The notes beneath the pieces were generated by a model that saw only the letters and a program-made list of their open reading frames with translations, did not search any database and had not been told where the DNA came from. A program made the translations under genes and the position numbers. This document shows positions 60,979 through 64,000 of a stretch of 64,000 bases of DNA, piece by piece. The stretch's first letter is position 1. Each line of letters starts with the position of its first letter. The stretch is from Candidatus Poribacteria bacterium (lineage in GTDB: Bacteria > Poribacteria > WGA-4E > PCPOR2b). The stretch spans positions 1,248,001-1,312,000 of the forward strand of contig OZ244587.1 of NCBI GenBank assembly GCA_965218095.1. The letters run 5' to 3'.

Positions 60979-61800
60979 ATGCCAACAATAGCAATGTCCA
61001 GTTTGGTACACGCCGGCGAGCCATTTTCAGCCCAGAAGACGACGGAACTCATTGAAGAACTTGGCCGGGAAGGGTTTGTATTGATCCCAAACGTTCTGAC
61101 ATCTGAGGAGGTTGAAAACCTGAAGGTGCGTTTCGACCAATTTTTCGCCGATCCAAAGCACTTTGAAACGGACAATCTCTATAGCGACTGGATTGGCGTC
61201 CGCTTGTTCGAGACGGATACGATGTTCCGTAACATGCTGGTGCGCGAACCGATCATCAGCCTTGTTGAGGCAGTCTGCGGAAAAGACTGCCATCTGATTG
61301 CCGACGGTGCGATACGGAACCGGCCAGGCGAGGCCATTTCCAACTTTCATGTTGACGACACTGTGTTTTTCCCGCTGCCGGATGACGTCCCCCGGCACGA
61401 CCCTCGTATCCCGTTGCCGGTGTTCCAGTTGACGGTTCAGATACCGCTGACCGACATCCGGTCGATTGAATACGGACCAACGCAGTTTGTCCCTGGAAGT
61501 CATTACTCGGGCCGACACCCTGACGACAAAGAAAACCCGAGTTTCGAGGGGAAGGGGCCGGTATCTATTTTGTGTAAGCCTGGCGACATCTATCTCCAGA
61601 CTGGCCAGTGTTGGCACCGGGGCGCGCCCAACACCTCCGATCGGACACGCTACCTCTACCAGATGGCGTATGGCCCGCGCTGGGTGTCACAGCGGTTTTA
61701 TCCCTTTCTAAACTACCGGATGCCCGATCATGTCCACGATGGCGCAGGAGAACGTCTGCTGCGCGTGCTGGGGAAACACTCCAAGGGGGCCTACGGTTAA
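60979..61800 (+). CDS. Phytanoyl-CoA dioxygenase family protein
   Basis: FHVDD, GPTQFVPGSH and CWHRG motifs; likely start MPTIA. Confidence 0.88.
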   Translation: MPTIAMSSLVHAGEPFSAQKTTELIEELGREGFVLIPNVLTSEEVENLKVRFDQFFADPKHFETDNLYSDWIGVRLFETDTMFRNMLVREPIISLVEAVCGKDCHLIADGAIRNRPGEAISNFHVDDTVFFPLPDDVPRHDPRIPLPVFQLTVQIPLTDIRSIEYGPTQFVPGSHYSGRHPDDKENPSFEGKGPVSILCKPGDIYLQTGQCWHRGAPNTSDRTRYLYQMAYGPRWVSQRFYPFLNYRMPDHVHDGAGERLLRVLGKHSKGAYG

Positions 61801-61829
61801 TTCTTCGCCCATGCAAGGAGCTAAACTTT

Positions 61830-62360
61830 GATGGAAGTTGACAATGGCAAAATAGTCGAGATGTTTAATCGCATGAACCTTGAATATCCGGGTTTGGAGA
61901 AGGTCAGAGACGCCGTGGAAGCCGGGGATTACCCTACCGCTGAAGCGACTTATCTGGAATACTATCGCGCCTGAAGTGAATGTTACAATCATCGGGCGGA
62001 AGATCCGGAATTTGCTCGGCTGACTTTCTGCCTACTCGGCGTTGCCCATCCATCAGATTTGATTCACGACGCCGACGCGGGGCTCTTCAACACCGGTCGG
62101 CACATTGTGTTGGACGACTTCACCGCCGCTGAAGCGGTTCCCCTGGCGAGAGGACTGGGGAACGATGAGCACACCGCAGGAGCACTCCGTCAAGGGACAA
62201 AACCGCGCAGATCCGGGACGTGGCGACCGGAAAGTTCCGTGGACAACCATTGCGGCATTGGGATAGGGTTATGGGTGTGGCGTTCAGCCCAGATGGAAAA
62301 TTCCTGGCTACCGCGTTGATGGATAACACTGCCCGGCTGTGGCGCACACTGGCAGCGCTG
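61830..62360 (+). pseudogene. Mosaic of gene remnants (heparinase-like N-terminus, AAA_35-like segment, WD40 repeat)
   Basis: NLEYPGLEKVRDAVEAGDY..A..YLEYYR*; PEFARLTFCLLGVAHPSDLI..FNTGRHIVLDDFT; DKTAQIRDVATG...VMGVAFSPDGKFLATA..DNTARLW. Confidence 0.5.
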
Positions 62361-62404
62361 ACGCCTCCTTGACCACCTCTGTGTCTTCCCCCATAGGGAT
62401 TAAG

Positions 62405-63820
62405 TTAAGCCGAAATCGTGCCATTGGATAGGGGTTTATTGGCTCCTCTCCTCTGAAAGCAAGGTTTCACCTGGCCTGTCACGTAGGTTGAATTTGTCAT
62501 GAGGCGATCCAAAGCCTTGAGGTAGCGATGGGGGATTCTGGCTTTGACCTGGATTGAGTCACCTTGATAGTCAGTGTCCAAAACCTCACCGTGTTTATAC
62601 AGATAATCCAACGCCTTCCCATCCCGATAAGAAAGCGTAAGCGACACATCAATGTTGTATGTTGAGAAGCGTTCTGCGAGAAGGTCTTTCAGTTCTTCTA
62701 ACCCTGTTCCATTCTGCGCCGAGATTGCGAGGCTATCAGGATATTTGCTTCGGAACAGTTGGATTTGTCCCTCATCTTCCAGCAGATCAACCTTGTTGAG
62801 CAGCATAATTGTTGGTAACTCGAAGGCGCCCAACTCTTTAAGCACCTCATCAACGGCATCGATCTGACTTTCCGCCTGTGGATGGCTCACATCTACCACA
62901 TGGAGCAGCAGAACTGCCTCCGCAACCTCCTCCAGCGTTGCCTTGAATGCAGCCACCAGATGGTGTGGGAGCTTTTTGAGAAAACCAACCGTATCACTCA
63001 ACAGAACCCGTTGGTTGTCTAGCAAATCAACAAGGCGGGTTGTTGGGTCCAAGGTTGCGAACAACTTATCTTCAGCCAAGCGGTTCTCGCTCGTCAAAGC
63101 ATTGAAGAGCGTTGATTTCCCGGCGTTGGTATAACCGACAATTGAAACGTTAATCATCTCCTGACGGTTGCTTCGCTGCACACGGCGATGCTTCTCAATA
63201 CCTTTGAGCGCCTTTTTGAGGCGTGAAATTTGTGAGCGAATCAACCTTCGGTCGATCTGAAGCTGGGTCTCACCGGGACCGCGGACTATTCCGCCAGCAC
63301 GTCCGGCACTGACTCCTGCCGTTCCGCCCGCGCCTGTGCCAAGCCGGGAGAGGTGCGTCCACATTCGCGTCAAACGCGGCAAGGCATATTGCAGTTGCGC
63401 CAGATCCACCTGTAATTTTGCAGCTTTCGTTTGCGCACGTTGCGCGAAGATCTGTAGAATCAGGCTCGTTCGGTCGATTGCGATGATATCGAGGCCTTTT
63501 TCTAGGTTGCGCGTTTGCGCTGGCGTGAGGTCGTTATCAAAAATAATTGCTTCCACCTTGAGTTCACCGATCACCGCTTCCAATTCCTCTATCTTTCCCC
63601 GCCCAATAAAATAGGCGGGGTCAGGCGTCTCTTTCGGCTGTATGGTTTCAGCAAACACTTCCATCCCCGCTGTCTCTGCGAGCCGTCTTAGCTCTTCCAG
63701 TGAACTTTCCACCTCGCTCCGCAGCTCATCCTTCAGCTTTACACCAACAAGGATAGCCCGTGTTGGGGAAGTTGTCATAGTATCTTGCCCTTCGTGCATA
63801 TCGTCTCCTTTCGGCGACAT
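62405..63820 (-). CDS. hflX: GTPase HflX
   Basis: IGRGKIEE, GPGETQL, VGYTNAGKST, LFATLDPT, SDTVGF and NKVD motifs. Confidence 0.96.
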   Translation of the reverse strand: MSPKGDDMHEGQDTMTTSPTRAILVGVKLKDELRSEVESSLEELRRLAETAGMEVFAETIQPKETPDPAYFIGRGKIEELEAVIGELKVEAIIFDNDLTPAQTRNLEKGLDIIAIDRTSLILQIFAQRAQTKAAKLQVDLAQLQYALPRLTRMWTHLSRLGTGAGGTAGVSAGRAGGIVRGPGETQLQIDRRLIRSQISRLKKALKGIEKHRRVQRSNRQEMINVSIVGYTNAGKSTLFNALTSENRLAEDKLFATLDPTTRLVDLLDNQRVLLSDTVGFLKKLPHHLVAAFKATLEEVAEAVLLLHVVDVSHPQAESQIDAVDEVLKELGAFELPTIMLLNKVDLLEDEGQIQLFRSKYPDSLAISAQNGTGLEELKDLLAERFSTYNIDVSLTLSYRDGKALDYLYKHGEVLDTDYQGDSIQVKARIPHRYLKALDRLMTNSTYVTGQVKPCFQRRGANKPLSNGTISA

Positions 63821-64000
63821 GCTTGTAACGGAAGTATGTGTATACTCAACACCGCGTGAAATTGTGTTTTTTTTATCCGCGAATCTTTGCCAATCTTCAC
63901 GAATAGGAATTAAAAATTCGCGTCAATTCGCATTATTCGCAGATGATGATTTAAAAAGCACAGTTTCTACCGTTGGACAGTATAATGAAAATGGCAAACT

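Overview
64 kb of bacterial chromosome. It is most consistent with Candidatus Poribacteria or a relative. This is an inference from a secreted protein ending in the 'LLPNYPNPFNPETWIPY...YWDGRN...RKMLIIK' C-terminal domain, several phytanoyl-CoA dioxygenases, a DUF6785-like membrane protein and a giant LRR/cadherin protein. Left to right: (1) a >2,500-aa modular LRR-cadherin surface protein that runs off the left edge and is absent from the ORF track; (2) accessory enzymes and many decayed genes; (3) an IS-riddled island containing a queD-like gene plus a TGT-family transglycosylase fused to an archaeosine-synthase (ArcS/DUF5591)-like domain, which can be rebuilt by removing one stop, one 4-bp duplication and two IS insertions; (4) a partner-switching signalling operon (STAS, sensor kinase, REC-PP2C, anti-sigma kinase) ending in an unusual STAS-AccD pseudo-enzyme fusion, directly behind mnmG-rsmG; (5) a core block of six tRNAs (all four Ser isoacceptors, Arg-ACG, Ala-CGC), tadA, a large Alu-domain SRP RNA, dnaX, ybaB and recR; (6) PhyH genes, split comEA, a 211-bp MITE and hflX. 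The best candidates for an undescribed system are the QueD + TGT-ArcS fusion locus and the STAS-AccD partner-switching module. All calls come from motif recognition by eye; no database searches were run.
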